Origin: an uncultured Verrucomicrobiae bacterium
GTDB lineage: Bacteria > Verrucomicrobiota > Verrucomicrobiia > Limisphaerales > Palsa-1400
Assembly (NCBI GenBank): GCA_963707025.1
Contig: CAVPOM010000005.1
Coordinates: 512,001 to 576,000 of the forward strand
Length of the DNA: 64,000 nucleotides
Direction of reading: 5' to 3'
The notes beneath the pieces are model-generated. The model had not been told where the DNA came from, made no database searches, and saw only the letters and a list, made by a program, of their open reading frames with translations. Of the stretch, positions 51,775 to 63,121 are shown piece by piece (position 1 is the stretch's first letter; every line of letters begins with the position of its first letter). The translations under genes and the position numbers were made by a program.

Positions 51775-53829
51775 TTATCGAAGTCTTGCCGTCATCGCGG
51801 CGAGGCGGTCGGCGTTGGCTTTCATGGCCGTCAGATAATCGCCCTTGGCCGGCGCGCTGGCACATGTTTCGAAGGCGATGGGTTCGATGCCCATTCTGCG
51901 AAGGCGTTGCGCAACGGCTGGCAGCGGGTCTTCTTCCCAAATCATAATTTTGCCGGGATGTTCGGCGTGCAGCTTTTCCAATTGCCGCCATTCCGCCTCG
52001 GACGGCATTTCGTCCGGTTCCCAGTGGACGTTCTTCAGGTTCCAGCCATAGCGCCGGGCGGCGTAATGATAGACCGGATGCGAGGCGAGCAGCGGTGAGT
52101 TGCCGAGCGGCGCGGACGCGCGCTCCAGGGCGGCGTCCACCTCGTCCAGATCCTGGTCGAGAGACCGGAGGTTGGCGTCGAATTCCTTGGTTGCCGCAGG
52201 CAGGAGGCGGACCAGTTCATCGCGAATCGCCTGCGCTTGCAGCCTGGCCTGGCGCGGATCCATCCAGGTGTTGAAGTCGAGCAGGCCGTGGCTGTGCAAC
52301 CCTTCCGGGCCGTGACTGTGGGTAAGGACCTCGCCGTTTGTCAGGTAGCGATCCGCAAACGATGCGGAGGTCACGACCTGATTGGCCAGGGGCAATACGC
52401 TGGTCAGCCGCCATTTTTCGTAGTCCGCGCCGTTCAGCAGAATCAAGTCGGCCTGCTGATATTGCCGGATGCCATTGGCGTCCGGCCTCCAGAACGCGGG
52501 GTCCTGATCGCGCGGAATTGGGAAGACCAGCCCGACATGCCCGCCGGCAATGCGCGTGGTGAAATACCACAGCGGATAGTTGGCGACCGCCACACGCAGC
52601 TTCGCGTTGGCCGGGCGCGGCCAGAGGGGAGCGCCGCCCTGCGCCACTGGATTTGAAGCCACGGCCTTGCCTCTTGAAATGCCAAATTGGCCGATGACCA
52701 GCCACGTGCTCCCGGCGGCAATCGCCACGCCTGCGACCAGGACGATGACAATTTCCACCGACTGCATCCCGAAGGTCATCCATCGCGCGCAACCGATCTT
52801 GAACATGGTCTCCATCTCGCCGCGCCGCAGCCGCCATGAAAGCAACAGCACCAGCGAGAGCAACAGCACCGTCGCCACGCCGAGCAGAAGCGACTGGGCG
52901 TCGAAGAATCGCTTCACGCGAAATACAAGGTCGAGCGTCTCGGCAATGACCTGCTTGGGCACCAGCAATTGCACCGTGGCCTTGGGATCCTCGTAGCGTC
53001 CGCGCAAGATCGTCGCAGACTTGGCGTCCCGCGGCAGGACCAGGATCGCGCTGACGGGAAACATCGCCTCGTCGCCATGCACATGGAAAAGGATGAGGTT
53101 CTCCCCGGTGATTTCCTGAAACGGCAGCACCGCCGCGCCGGCGGTGACATGGTTGGCCTCGCGCCCGATGAGCAGGTTCGTATCCACCGTCGCCACGTCC
53201 TGGTGTCCATGCATGAGGCCGAGAATGATCCACTCCGTTTTGTAATCCGCAAAGATCGCGCCGTCATCCGCCGTGCCAGCGGGGGCGAGAACGCCCTGGA
53301 CGCGCATGTTGAGCGGATACGAGCCTGCGAGATCGAAAACATTTTCCGGGTCGCTCATCAATTTGTCGCCGGGCTTCAGTCCCAGCTTTTGCGCCACGGC
53401 AGCCCCGAGCACGCAATCGCCGACCCGCGTCAGGCCCTCGCCCTGCGCGATCCGCAGCCCGCGAGAATCGAAGTATTCCAGCGAAGTTCCGACGATGGGA
53501 AACCCCCGCGCCGAGTGTTTTTCAAGGATGGGGATTCCGAGGGCAAGGCCGCTTTGGTTGATGGCGGCAACGTCGCCCATCGTCAGATCGTGCGCGGGCT
53601 GGCCGCGAAAATAGAGGGCGTGCAAAATGAGATCCAGCCGGCTGCCCGGCGCGCCCGCGACGAGGGGCGTCGCGCCCGCGCGCGCCAGCAAATCGCGCTG
53701 GTAATCGCGCACGAGCAGGTTGACGGCAAGCGGAAGAAAAACGGCGACGGCGACGCTGAAAACCAGAATGACGGTTTTGATCTTGTTGAAGCGCAGATAA
53801 CAGAGGGCGAGCAGCAGGACGTTTTTCAT
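51775..53829 (-). CDS. MacB/FtsX-like ABC permease fused to a ZnuA-type metal-binding protein
   Basis: N-terminal TM, large soluble domain and two TMs, then 'QQADLILLNGADYEKW...HSHGPEGLHSH...TWMDP...SHPVYHYAARRYG'. Confidence 0.8.
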   Translation of the reverse strand: MKNVLLLALCYLRFNKIKTVILVFSVAVAVFLPLAVNLLVRDYQRDLLARAGATPLVAGAPGSRLDLILHALYFRGQPAHDLTMGDVAAINQSGLALGIPILEKHSARGFPIVGTSLEYFDSRGLRIAQGEGLTRVGDCVLGAAVAQKLGLKPGDKLMSDPENVFDLAGSYPLNMRVQGVLAPAGTADDGAIFADYKTEWIILGLMHGHQDVATVDTNLLIGREANHVTAGAAVLPFQEITGENLILFHVHGDEAMFPVSAILVLPRDAKSATILRGRYEDPKATVQLLVPKQVIAETLDLVFRVKRFFDAQSLLLGVATVLLLSLVLLLSWRLRRGEMETMFKIGCARWMTFGMQSVEIVIVLVAGVAIAAGSTWLVIGQFGISRGKAVASNPVAQGGAPLWPRPANAKLRVAVANYPLWYFTTRIAGGHVGLVFPIPRDQDPAFWRPDANGIRQYQQADLILLNGADYEKWRLTSVLPLANQVVTSASFADRYLTNGEVLTHSHGPEGLHSHGLLDFNTWMDPRQARLQAQAIRDELVRLLPAATKEFDANLRSLDQDLDEVDAALERASAPLGNSPLLASHPVYHYAARRYGWNLKNVHWEPDEMPSEAEWRQLEKLHAEHPGKIMIWEEDPLPAVAQRLRRMGIEPIAFETCASAPAKGDYLTAMKANADRLAAMTARLR

Positions 53830-54494
53830 CGCGGGCCTCCCGCCGCGAAATCGCGGCAGTTGATGACGCGGGGAAATCGGGCGGCGATTTCCGTGTCGTG
53901 CGTGACCAACAGCAGCGTCGCTCCGGTGCGCTCGATCTGCTGGAAAAGCAGATCAACCACGCGCTGCTTGGCGGATGGATCCAGATGGCCGGTCGGTTCG
54001 TCGGCGAGCAACAGCGGCGGCTCCGGCAGCATCGCGCGGCAGATGGCGACGCGCTGTTTTTCGCCCTGGGAAAGCCGGTGCGGAAAAGAGCGGAGCCGGC
54101 GCTCAAGACCGGTTTCCTTGCCCAGCCGTTCCACGCGGCGCGCGACTTCCGGCGACCAGTGCAGCGCGGGATTCAGGCGATAGGGCAGGAGAATATTCTC
54201 AAAAACGTTGAGATAGCTGATGAGTTCAAGGCTCTGGAAGACCAGCCCGATTTGCGCGACGCGGAAGGCGCGGCGCGCGGCGTCGCCGAGTGCATGGATG
54301 GGGCGATCCTGCACGCGCATCGTGCCGCGGGTCGGGGACAAGATCCCGGAAATCAAATGCAGCAGGGTGGTTTTGCCCGATCCGCTCGGTCCGATGATGG
54401 CCACGCGCTCGGCGCGGGCGATCTGGAGCGACGGAACCGCCAGCCGGAAATCGGAATGCGGAAAATGATATTCGAGATCGGAAATCGCGATCAC
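53826..54494 (-). CDS. ABC transporter ATP-binding protein (LolD/MacB-like)
   Basis: 'GPSGSGKT', 'LSQGEKQRVAICRA', 'LLADEPTG', 'VTHD'. GTG start overlaps the upstream stop. Confidence 0.92.
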   Translation of the reverse strand: MIAISDLEYHFPHSDFRLAVPSLQIARAERVAIIGPSGSGKTTLLHLISGILSPTRGTMRVQDRPIHALGDAARRAFRVAQIGLVFQSLELISYLNVFENILLPYRLNPALHWSPEVARRVERLGKETGLERRLRSFPHRLSQGEKQRVAICRAMLPEPPLLLADEPTGHLDPSAKQRVVDLLFQQIERTGATLLLVTHDTEIAARFPRVINCRDFAAGGPR

Positions 54495-56069
54495 AATTTT
54501 CTCAAGATGACCGCGCTTTTGACCTGGCTTTGCCGTGAAACATTCAGGCCGGTGATTTTCCACGAGCCGCCGGCGGAGTTAATCTCCAGGTCGGCGCAAT
54601 ACTCATTGACGCGCAGGTGGATGTGGCCCCAGTGCTCGACGGTTCCCTCGACCTGCCAGGTCACACGTTCGGCAAAGCCGTTTCTGCTTTTGGACTGCGC
54701 CGGCTCGGCCTTCACGATTTTGATTTCCTGCACACGGGCGACCGCGCCGCCCTGTTCCTGCATGATGAGACCCTGTTTGATTTTCAGATACAAATCAGCG
54801 AGCAACTCGCCGTGAACGCTCCGCGCCAGCGCGTCGTAAATGTCCGACTCGCTGTGATAGTCGAAGGCGCGATAGACATTGCGCAGCAGCGATGCGGCGG
54901 CGGCCTCGCGCGATTTTTCGCCCGTCGAAATCGCGGTGACCGCCGGCAGCGGCGGCGCGCCGGGATTGTCCCATTTGAAAACCGGGTCGCGGGCCAAGAA
55001 GGTGAACCGCGCTCCCTTGTCGTAGGCGAAAATGACCGCGCGGGCCGCGAGCATTTCGTGGTTGAACAGCGTCCACTTCAATTCAACATGACCGGGCGCG
55101 CCTTTGGTGGCATAGGTCAGGATCGCGCCGACGCGCGCGGTCCAGGCACTCAGCCGCCGCGCCTCGGGGCGCATCGCGAAATCCTTGAAATCAACGCCGT
55201 AAAAATCCAGCCGGTCCAGTTTCGGTTTCACCACCACGCCGTCAATTTTCAATTCGTTCTGTTCGGTGAAGAACTGCTCCAGCGGCCCGCGCGCGGCGCC
55301 CTGCTCGGAAACCCCGATGAAATCCCGGTTGGTGCGCGCGACCGGCTGCCACATTTCCAGGGTCAGCAGCGGCATGAGGATTTCGACGCGGACTTCCTGG
55401 TTTTGGATATAGACGAACGTGTAGGTTGCCGAGTAGCTGGCAATGCCCATCTCCTGCTGGCGCTTCTCTTCCTCGCGCGCCTGGGCTTCCGCGTAATCGC
55501 CCGTCACCGCCCGGGCCGTTTCATTCCAGTCGAAGGAGAAGGTCTGGACGTTTTCATCGCCGGGGATGTTGCGCGGCGGCTCCGGCGGCAGCCCCTCCCG
55601 CGTCACCAACAGATTCACGATGGAGGGAATCACCATTGCATCGCCGCCGAAGTGCTGTTGAAAGGTGAGATGGGCCGGCGGTTGCGCCAGCGGATATTCG
55701 AGATGATAGACAATCGCCGTGGCCATCAAATCCGTCACCGACAGCCCTTCCGCGGGAAGCGCCGGCATTTCGGTTTTGACGACCCTGCCTTCCAGGCGGT
55801 TGCCGTCCGCATCGCGGACAATCAGGCCATCCAGCAAATACTTCTTATGCCGCTCGGCGGACTTCGACAATGTCATCCGTGGCGATGCGCGATGCCGCGT
55901 TGGCATAAAGTCCATAGACCATGAGAAAATCCTCCGGCATCACGGAAACCTTCATTTCCAACCTGTCGCGGCGGACCAGCGCCTCGCTGGTGATGATGGA
56001 AATCGGATGTGCCGGCATCAAGGGAGCGGCCAGCAGCAGGCCAAGGGCGGCGGCGCGGCGCAACGCCAT
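54491..56069 (-). CDS. Hypothetical exported protein of the ABC locus, frameshifted at ~55865
   Basis: Signal peptide then 'HPISII' in one frame, continuing as 'KSAERHKKYLL...GTVEHWGHIHLRVNEY' in another. Confidence 0.65.
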
Positions 56070-56129
56070 TTCCAACGGTTGAAGAATTGTCCTCCCTTTC
56101 TTCCAAGGATTGGAAAAGGCCGTTGGCAT

Positions 56130-59100
56130 CTATTGCAATTCCGCCCGGAGCGTCTTGATTGCATACGCCGGCAAATCCACCGTGTCGCCCGCGGGCGGGC
56201 CGGTCTGTTCGAGAAGACCGGAAACGGAAATCGCCTTTGGTGAAACCGCGCCCCACTTCAGCGTCGCCTTGGCCGCCGAATCGCCGGTGTTGTAGAGGCG
56301 CAGGATCAGTGCCTTGCCGTCGTTGCTGGGCTTGAGCGAGGTGATCATGATCGGGCCGGAGGAAATCCCGACGGGCGGGCCGGACGGGGCGGGACCGGCT
56401 GCGGGCGCGGCGATGAGCGGCTCGGTGCTTTCGACGCCGAAATGCGCGGCGGCGGTCTGGTCATAGGCGGCGTGCAGACGGATGGCGTAGCGGAAAACCG
56501 TCCCGCCCTCCTGATCCGCGCGATAGTTGGTGTGCCAGTGGTTGTTCATCACCCAGGAATAAATCGTCGCCGAAGGTTCGATCTTGAACAGGTAAGCCCT
56601 GGGATTCGGTTGCGAGCGCGGCAGGTTTGCGGTCAGGCCGCCGATTTCGAGCAGGGGCGCTTCGACCGTGGACCAAGTCACGCCCAGTTCGCCGTTGGAG
56701 AGGTCCACCCATCGTTCGACGGAAAACCAGTTTTTGCAGGCTCCGGAAAGCTGGTCCTTTTCCGGCTGGATCACTGCCCACGGAATGTTGATGTGCAGAG
56801 CGGCCTTGGCCACATTGAAGGCGAAACCGATATGGACGCCCTCAACCGAGCGCACCGCTTTCTTGTCAATGGTGTCAATGATCTCGACGCGGTCGAGGCC
56901 GTCCACCAGCCGAATTTCGCGAAGGAGTTTGTTGCAGCCCGGCGCGTCGGATTCCACCAGCAGCGAGGCGACGAGCGGGCCGTTTTCTTTGACGGAGATT
57001 TTCACGGGACCGTTGCGCTGGGCGTTTTTGACGTTCCCACCGGGCAGATAAACGTATGCATTCAATCCGAGGTCCGCCGCGGCGTTGACGAATTCGTGGT
57101 CCACGCCGTTGGCGCGCAGGCTGGCAATCGCGCCGGAAATTGGGTCAAGTTTCAGTGTAATCGTCGAGTCGGCCAGGGTCACGCCATCCGCTTTGGCCGC
57201 GCCGGAGGCCTTGGCCCTGCCGGCTTCGACGGTGAAACGCCGCCCGCCGAAGGGCGGAATGTCTTGCGCGATGAAAACCAGTTCGCCGCTGGCGAGCCGT
57301 TGCGATGGCACGGCTTCGCCCCGGCTATTCTTGACGACATCGCAGCCCGGCTGCATGGTCTTCGGCAGCGTGACCAGATCGGTGCGCGGCCAGGAGGCGG
57401 TGTTGAAAACGTCCCTGACGCTGGCGGTTTCGGCCGTTGGGCCGCGGGTGGCGAGCGCATCGGCGAGCAGTTTTTTCGTTTCGGAATCGCCGTCGAGCGC
57501 AAAGGCCTGTTTGATTTTCCACTGGGCCTTGACGAAATCGGAATCCGGCGCGCTGATGCTGTTATAGGCGCCCCAGGTGTGTTCGCTGTACATCGCGATG
57601 TTCTTGAGCGCGGCGGCATAGGCATCCGCCGGCAGCGCGTCGGGCTTGAGCAGCGTCCAGAGGATTTCACCCTGCGTCATACGGTCGGACGCGAGGCGGT
57701 TGATGCCGGTTTCGCGCGCGCTCGAACCCGCTCCGTCTTCCCAGTACGGCGTCATGTCGCCGCGATAAACCGGGATCTGGGCGCCGTAGCGTTTTTCAAA
57801 TTCGTGAAACATATCGCTCGTCGTGGAGATGTCGAGCTTGGGCCAGGCGTACTTCGCATTCCAATCGCGCACCGCCGGCATGACGCTTTCATCCGGCCCG
57901 CCGTTGTCGCCCTTGGTCCAGCGCAATTGCACAATGTCATAGGGATAGCCCCATTCTTCCAGTTGCGGGGTCAGTTCGGCGATGGCATCGCGGATGGAGC
58001 CGCAGTGATGGCCGATGGAATAGCCGCCTTGCGCGCCCCAGTAAATCGCCCGCTCGCTTGCCCGAGGGCGAGACCCACGCGAACGGATGGTTCTCCCACA
58101 GCTCGCGCACATAGCCAATGCGGTCGCCGATCATGCCTCTGCTGGCATTGGGTCCGTCGGAAATATATTTCACGCCGGCCTGGGCGAGCGACGGCACAAT
58201 GCCCCAGGTCAGCCCCGGCACGTCGCTGATCATCATGGAATCGCACTTCACACCGCAGCGTTGATTGAGTTCGGTTGAGAACTCCAGTTGCCGCAGCAGT
58301 TCCTCGCCGCGCGCCAGGCCGGTCAGCAGGTTGCCATACATCGCGTCCATCCCGATGCGATGGTCGCGCACGGCCTGCTCGAATTTCGCCTTCTGTTCCG
58401 CCGTGGCAATTTTGTAGAATTGTTCGACCTGCCAGAATCCCTCCGTGTTCCACTTGAACTGCGCGCCGGGCGGATAATCCTTCGTCTTTTCGATCAATGC
58501 CAGCGCCTGGATGACGTTGTGCGCCTGCTTGTCCGCGATGTGCGGCTGGATGTCCGTGTAACCGATGTCGCAGTGCGAGTGCATGAGCACATAATAGGTC
58601 CGCGGCTGGTACGCCGGCACGTTCACCGTTTGCCTCAATGCCGCGCGGCCCGAATGCAGTTCCACCGTCGCTTCGCATTCATTGGTGACGTTGACTCCGG
58701 CCGGCAGGAAAACTGAAAAATGCTCCGCGCCGTTTCCGTTCGCCGGCACCGTTGTCCGCTCCCTGGCCCCGGCGCACCCGACATCGAATGTCACCGCGCC
58801 ATAAAGTTTCGCGCCCCTCAACGAGACGGCAATTGCGCGGCCCGGTTTGCCGTCGGGACGGTAGGGACAATACGGAAGCGCCGCGCAAGCCATGTCCGAC
58901 GGCACCGGCAAATCCGCCTCCGCCACTTCATGGCCGACGCCGAATCGCACGGCGCTCAAACCGAAATAATCGCTGCCGTAATTTCCGTCTTTCGTCTCTG
59001 CCGCGATCACGACTGATTGCAACGCGCGATCCTTTTGGACATTGGTGACAACGACCGCTTCAAGTCCCGGGCTGCCGCTGGCGCGCGGCAAGGCAATGGC

Positions 59101-59553
59101 TTCCGGCGAGGTCAGCGCGAACCACGACACCCCGTCAGAAGACCCAAAAATGCGTGTCTGTCGAAATCCCCGGTCCGTGAGATTCGCCTGATTGTGATTC
59201 CAGACATGAATCGTGTCGAATTTCTGCGGCTGCGCGAAATCGAAACGCACCCAAGCCGGCGACGCGGGCAACCCTGGGGCTGCGCTGGCCGGCGCAGGCC
59301 GCTGCGTGCTGTGCCACATCGTTTGGGCCGATTCGTTGTTATCGTGAAGGCCTCCTTGCATGCCCGATCCGTCCAGCAAATGCCGGACCGACTGTGCAGT
59401 GCCGTATTCGCTGGAAGCGCTGACTGTGATCACCTTCGCCGGGATTTCGTCCACAATCCAAGCCGCCCGGGCGGGCCGCCAAGTGATCAGAGCAAGCGGC
59501 ACCATCAGCCAATAGATAATGACGTTGTGAGTTTTCATTGTTTTTACTTTCAT
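56130..59553 (-). CDS. GH38-like alpha-mannosidase with an N-terminal discoidin-like domain, frameshifted at ~58056
   Basis: Signal peptide; 'HSHCDIGYTD', 'MISDVPG', 'GDNG', 'YWEDG', 'EHTWG', 'NNHWHTNY'; the two ORFs join at WVSPSGK|ERAIYW. Confidence 0.8.
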
Positions 59554-61328
59554 CGGATTTCATCCGGCACACCAACGCGGACAAACGCCTTGATCGTGGC
59601 GCATTCCCGCCGCTGCGAAGGGCCGTGCGGGCGGATGGTGTAGCGCCCGACCGCGGCAGGCACGATAAATGTTTCCGCATAGTGAACCACGAACGGCTCG
59701 AAAGCATGCGCGGGACTTTCCACCAATGCCTCGCCGCCTTCAACCAAATTAAGCACGTTCACACCGCCGCAGGTGTCATGCGGCACCGTCTTGGTGAACC
59801 AATGCCGCCGCGTCTCGATGAACTCGCGTTGGTGCAACCCGGTGCGTTCCTCGCGCCAGCCATCCCCCAGGCCGAGCGGTTCGAGGCGGTTGACGAGATT
59901 CAGCCGCGTCCATTCCGTCGTGCAATCCCACTGAATGTTGGCCAGGCCGTGCTCCAAGTGGATCGGCCGCGGCCTGCCGTCGAGGCCGGGCCGGTTCCAA
60001 TCCCACAGCTTGAAGGTGAAAAGATAAGGAGTGGCGCTGATTTCCAGCACCATGGATTCCGCGCCGCTGCAATGCACGGTGCCGGCCGGAATGAGGAAGT
60101 GATCGTGCTTTTTTGCCGGGAATTTATTGGCATATTTCTCCACCGGAAAGGGGGCGCTGCCAGTTTGCGCAAGTCGCAGATCGCGCCCCATCGCCGCTGG
60201 ATCCACACGGTCTTTGAGGCCGAGCCAGACACTCGCGCCGGGACGGGCATCCAGGAGATAGTAGCTTTCGTCCTGGGTGTAATGCATCCCGAAATGTTGC
60301 CGGATGTATTCGGTGAGCGGATGCACTTGGAAGGAAAGATTGCCGCCGCCAATCGTATCCAGAAAATCAAAGCGGATGGGAAATTCGTCCCCAAAACGGA
60401 CGTGAACCGCCTCGCCGAGCAGGGCGCGCGGTTGGTCGAACACCAGATCCAGAGAAGGAACCTCAAAGCGCACATCGCCGAAGCCGAGCAACAGGCTGTT
60501 CTCCTCCGGCACGCAATCGAAGCACCAGCCGTAGTTTTTCGTTGCGCGATCCAGATGGCAGACTTCCTTCATCCATTGGCCACCCCACGGCGCGGGATCG
60601 AAAAACGGCGCCACCCGAAACGGGCGCGTGACCGCATGGCGCAGCCCGCGGCGAACCGCCTCGGCGTCGGCCATCTTCGGCGCGAGAGGGTTGTTCGTGT
60701 CGAGAACGAAATCCCACTTCGCCATGAGCGGGCGTTTCCAGCGGTCGCAAACGCGCCAGTCCACAAAGAAGGCGCGCTTGTATTGCAGATTTGCGGCCAG
60801 CGCGCGGTTTTCGACACCGAGATTGCTGGCCTCATTGCGCCGGAAACGGAGTTGCCCTTCCCAACGGGCAAGATCGGCGTAAACAAGAATGTCCGGCTCC
60901 GCAATCAGGCTCGCCCCGCAGCCGGCCACCAGCACCACGCCTTGCGCAACCCCGCCAACCTGGGCGCGAAGCCGCCCGAGTTTCCGGCCGTCGAAAAATT
61001 GCGGAAGCGCCAGGCCGCAGATAAATCCGAACACGGGATCGTCCCCGCCAAGAAACGGCGCGACCAGCGCATCCACCTCTTCCGGCGCCAGCATCGCGTC
61101 CGCCGCGCGAAGCACCAGGGCCGGCATGAGCTGCGATTGAAGTTCGTGAATCACCAGGGCTTCATCCACTCCAACATAACAGTCCACGACGAGCACTGTT
61201 TTCTTGGCAACGCGTTGGGCCATGCGCTGGCGCAAGCGCGCGGCAATGCCAGCCCAGCCCTGGACGCAGCCTGTCTCGCCGCCGGGAACCGGCACGAACG
61301 GAAATTTGTCGTAGTTGGAAGTTCTCAC
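59550..61328 (-). CDS. Class I mannose-6-phosphate isomerase-like protein, long form
   Basis: 'PWGGQW', 'FPIRFDFLD', 'LSFQVHP', 'QDESYY', 'IPAGTVH', 'VLEIS'. Confidence 0.88.
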   Translation of the reverse strand: MRTSNYDKFPFVPVPGGETGCVQGWAGIAARLRQRMAQRVAKKTVLVVDCYVGVDEALVIHELQSQLMPALVLRAADAMLAPEEVDALVAPFLGGDDPVFGFICGLALPQFFDGRKLGRLRAQVGGVAQGVVLVAGCGASLIAEPDILVYADLARWEGQLRFRRNEASNLGVENRALAANLQYKRAFFVDWRVCDRWKRPLMAKWDFVLDTNNPLAPKMADAEAVRRGLRHAVTRPFRVAPFFDPAPWGGQWMKEVCHLDRATKNYGWCFDCVPEENSLLLGFGDVRFEVPSLDLVFDQPRALLGEAVHVRFGDEFPIRFDFLDTIGGGNLSFQVHPLTEYIRQHFGMHYTQDESYYLLDARPGASVWLGLKDRVDPAAMGRDLRLAQTGSAPFPVEKYANKFPAKKHDHFLIPAGTVHCSGAESMVLEISATPYLFTFKLWDWNRPGLDGRPRPIHLEHGLANIQWDCTTEWTRLNLVNRLEPLGLGDGWREERTGLHQREFIETRRHWFTKTVPHDTCGGVNVLNLVEGGEALVESPAHAFEPFVVHYAETFIVPAAVGRYTIRPHGPSQRRECATIKAFVRVGVPDEIR

Positions 61329-62275
61329 GCGAGAGAATGCGGATGCTGTTGTTTAAAGAGCACTTCGCACCCAAGCAGCGCGGCGTCATCACCCAGCGCC
61401 GCGGCAACGATGGGAGTTTGCAACGGCAGTGCCGGCATAAAGCGGCGCAGATGTTGTTCCATCGCGGGCAGGATAACGTCGCGACGGCGCAGCACGCCGC
61501 CACCCAGCACGACCACTTCCGGGTCGTAAGCGATCACGGCATTTTGCACCACAGCCGCCCAAACCTTGAGGCTTTGGTGCAGCAGAGCCTGGGAACAGGC
61601 ATCTCCTTCAGCGGCGAACCTAAAGACGGCCTCGTAGTCAATTTTTGCCGCATGAGCCAGTTTGCTGTCCTGGAAGTCGCGCCGGCCGCGCGCCCGTTCC
61701 GGCAGCGTCGCCGTGGAAGCGAGGTCTTCGGCGCAACCGATGTTGCCGCAGCGCCCGACGGAACCTTCATGGGCGATGGTGCTGTGACCCAGGAGAGTTG
61801 CCGCGCGGTTGTGCGCGCCCCGCAAAAGTTGACCGCCGCAGATCGCCGCGCAACCGACCCCCGTGCCGAGCGCCAGCATCACAACGTCGCCTTTGCCACG
61901 CGCGGCCCCCGCGGTCCACTCGCCCAGCAACGCCACGCGCAAATCGTTTTCCAACGCCATGGGCAGACCCAGCCGCGCCCGGCTCCAGGCACCGAAGTCA
62001 ATTCCCGCCGCTCCCGGGAATTTGCCGAATTCGCCCAGCACGCGCGGCATTTTTCCATCCGCCAAAAATGGAAGCGACCCTGCCGTCCCCAGGCAGTCTT
62101 GCAGGGAGCTGCCATTCTTTTTCAAGAGCGATTCCCATGCGCAAGCAACGGCCTCGAGCCGCTCCAACATCGGACGACCGGCGGAGGCGTCGAGCCGGCA
62201 TTGCGCGCGAACGCAGCCGTCGCGCACCAGCCCGAGCTTGATCGTGGTGCCTCCAAAATCAGCCGCCAGAATCAT
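61325..62275 (-). CDS. ROK family sugar kinase
   Basis: 'DFGGTTIK', 'ENDL', 'LGTGVG', 'GH...CGNIGCAE', 'VVLGGG', 'AALLG'. Confidence 0.9.
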   Translation of the reverse strand: MILAADFGGTTIKLGLVRDGCVRAQCRLDASAGRPMLERLEAVACAWESLLKKNGSSLQDCLGTAGSLPFLADGKMPRVLGEFGKFPGAAGIDFGAWSRARLGLPMALENDLRVALLGEWTAGAARGKGDVVMLALGTGVGCAAICGGQLLRGAHNRAATLLGHSTIAHEGSVGRCGNIGCAEDLASTATLPERARGRRDFQDSKLAHAAKIDYEAVFRFAAEGDACSQALLHQSLKVWAAVVQNAVIAYDPEVVVLGGGVLRRRDVILPAMEQHLRRFMPALPLQTPIVAAALGDDAALLGCEVLFKQQHPHSLA

Positions 62276-63057
62276 GGCGCCTCCCGCTTCAAGTCGAGGG
62301 TCAGTGTGAAACGCGCGCTGACGTAGTGGACCTCGGCGAATTCCATCGGCCTTTTCCCTGTGTCAAACACCGTGTGGCAACGCAACAACAGCGGTTCACG
62401 GAGAGGCACTTGCAAGTGCCGGGACAGCAACCTTGTGGCGCGCACGGCGGAAAGCTCCTCGCGGGCGCTCTCCGCCACCGCACCGGTTACCGCTTCGATC
62501 AGTTCGTAAAGCGGCCGTGAAAAATCCGCCGATGGCGTCAAACGCAGGCGCGGATGAAACCAGGAGCGGGAATGCAGCACGGGCCGGCTTTCCCAGCCGC
62601 GCACGCGATCCAACCGCAGCACTTCGGTTCCCGCCGCGAGGTGCAGCGCCTGGGCCACACGATTGGGAGCGGCAAAGCGGCGCGCCTCCAGAAAATAACC
62701 CTCCACGGTGATGTTCCGGCGCGCCATCTCCCGCGAAAAACTGCGCCACTCGCCGATGCTCGATTCCGCCGGGGCAGGGAGCACGCGCGTGCCGACTCCC
62801 GGCTTGCGTTCCAGCAAGCGCTGATCCACCAGCCGCGTGAGCGCCACGCGCACGGTTCCCCGGCTGATCCCGAATCGGTTGGCGAGCGTCAACTCATCGG
62901 GGAACAGCGCGCCGTTTTGGAACTCCGGCAAGGCCATCATCCGCCGGAGCTCCCGCTCGATTCGCGCATGAAGCGGGGCGGGATCAGACGAATCCACGCC
63001 ACGGAATGGCTTGGCGTTGGACGGGAAGGGACGGAAAGTTGTGGCCGCTCGGTTCAT
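62272..63057 (-). CDS. GntR/HutC-subfamily regulator (UTRA domain)
   Basis: 'FPDELTLANRFGISRGTVRVAL..LV...LLERKPGVGTRV' plus UTRA domain. Start placed at ATG 63057. Confidence 0.9.
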   Translation of the reverse strand: MNRAATTFRPFPSNAKPFRGVDSSDPAPLHARIERELRRMMALPEFQNGALFPDELTLANRFGISRGTVRVALTRLVDQRLLERKPGVGTRVLPAPAESSIGEWRSFSREMARRNITVEGYFLEARRFAAPNRVAQALHLAAGTEVLRLDRVRGWESRPVLHSRSWFHPRLRLTPSADFSRPLYELIEAVTGAVAESAREELSAVRATRLLSRHLQVPLREPLLLRCHTVFDTGKRPMEFAEVHYVSARFTLTLDLKREAP

Positions 63058-63079
63058 TTGTTTATACAAATAAACAAAT
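63056..63079. promoter_or_regulatory. Candidate GntR operator between the divergent genes
   Basis: Perfect inverted repeat ATTTGTTTAT-acaa-ATAAACAAAT containing the HutC-type TTGTTTATACAA. Confidence 0.7.
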
Positions 63080-63121
63080 AACTTGCCACCATTGCCAGGG
63101 TCAACTAAAAACCACCGCACC

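Noticed and set aside
59538..61529. Long antisense ORFs (also 23405-25576, 56442-58229, 42166-43545, 16707-18002)
   Set aside because: Shadow frames of genuine GC-rich genes with no recognisable motifs.
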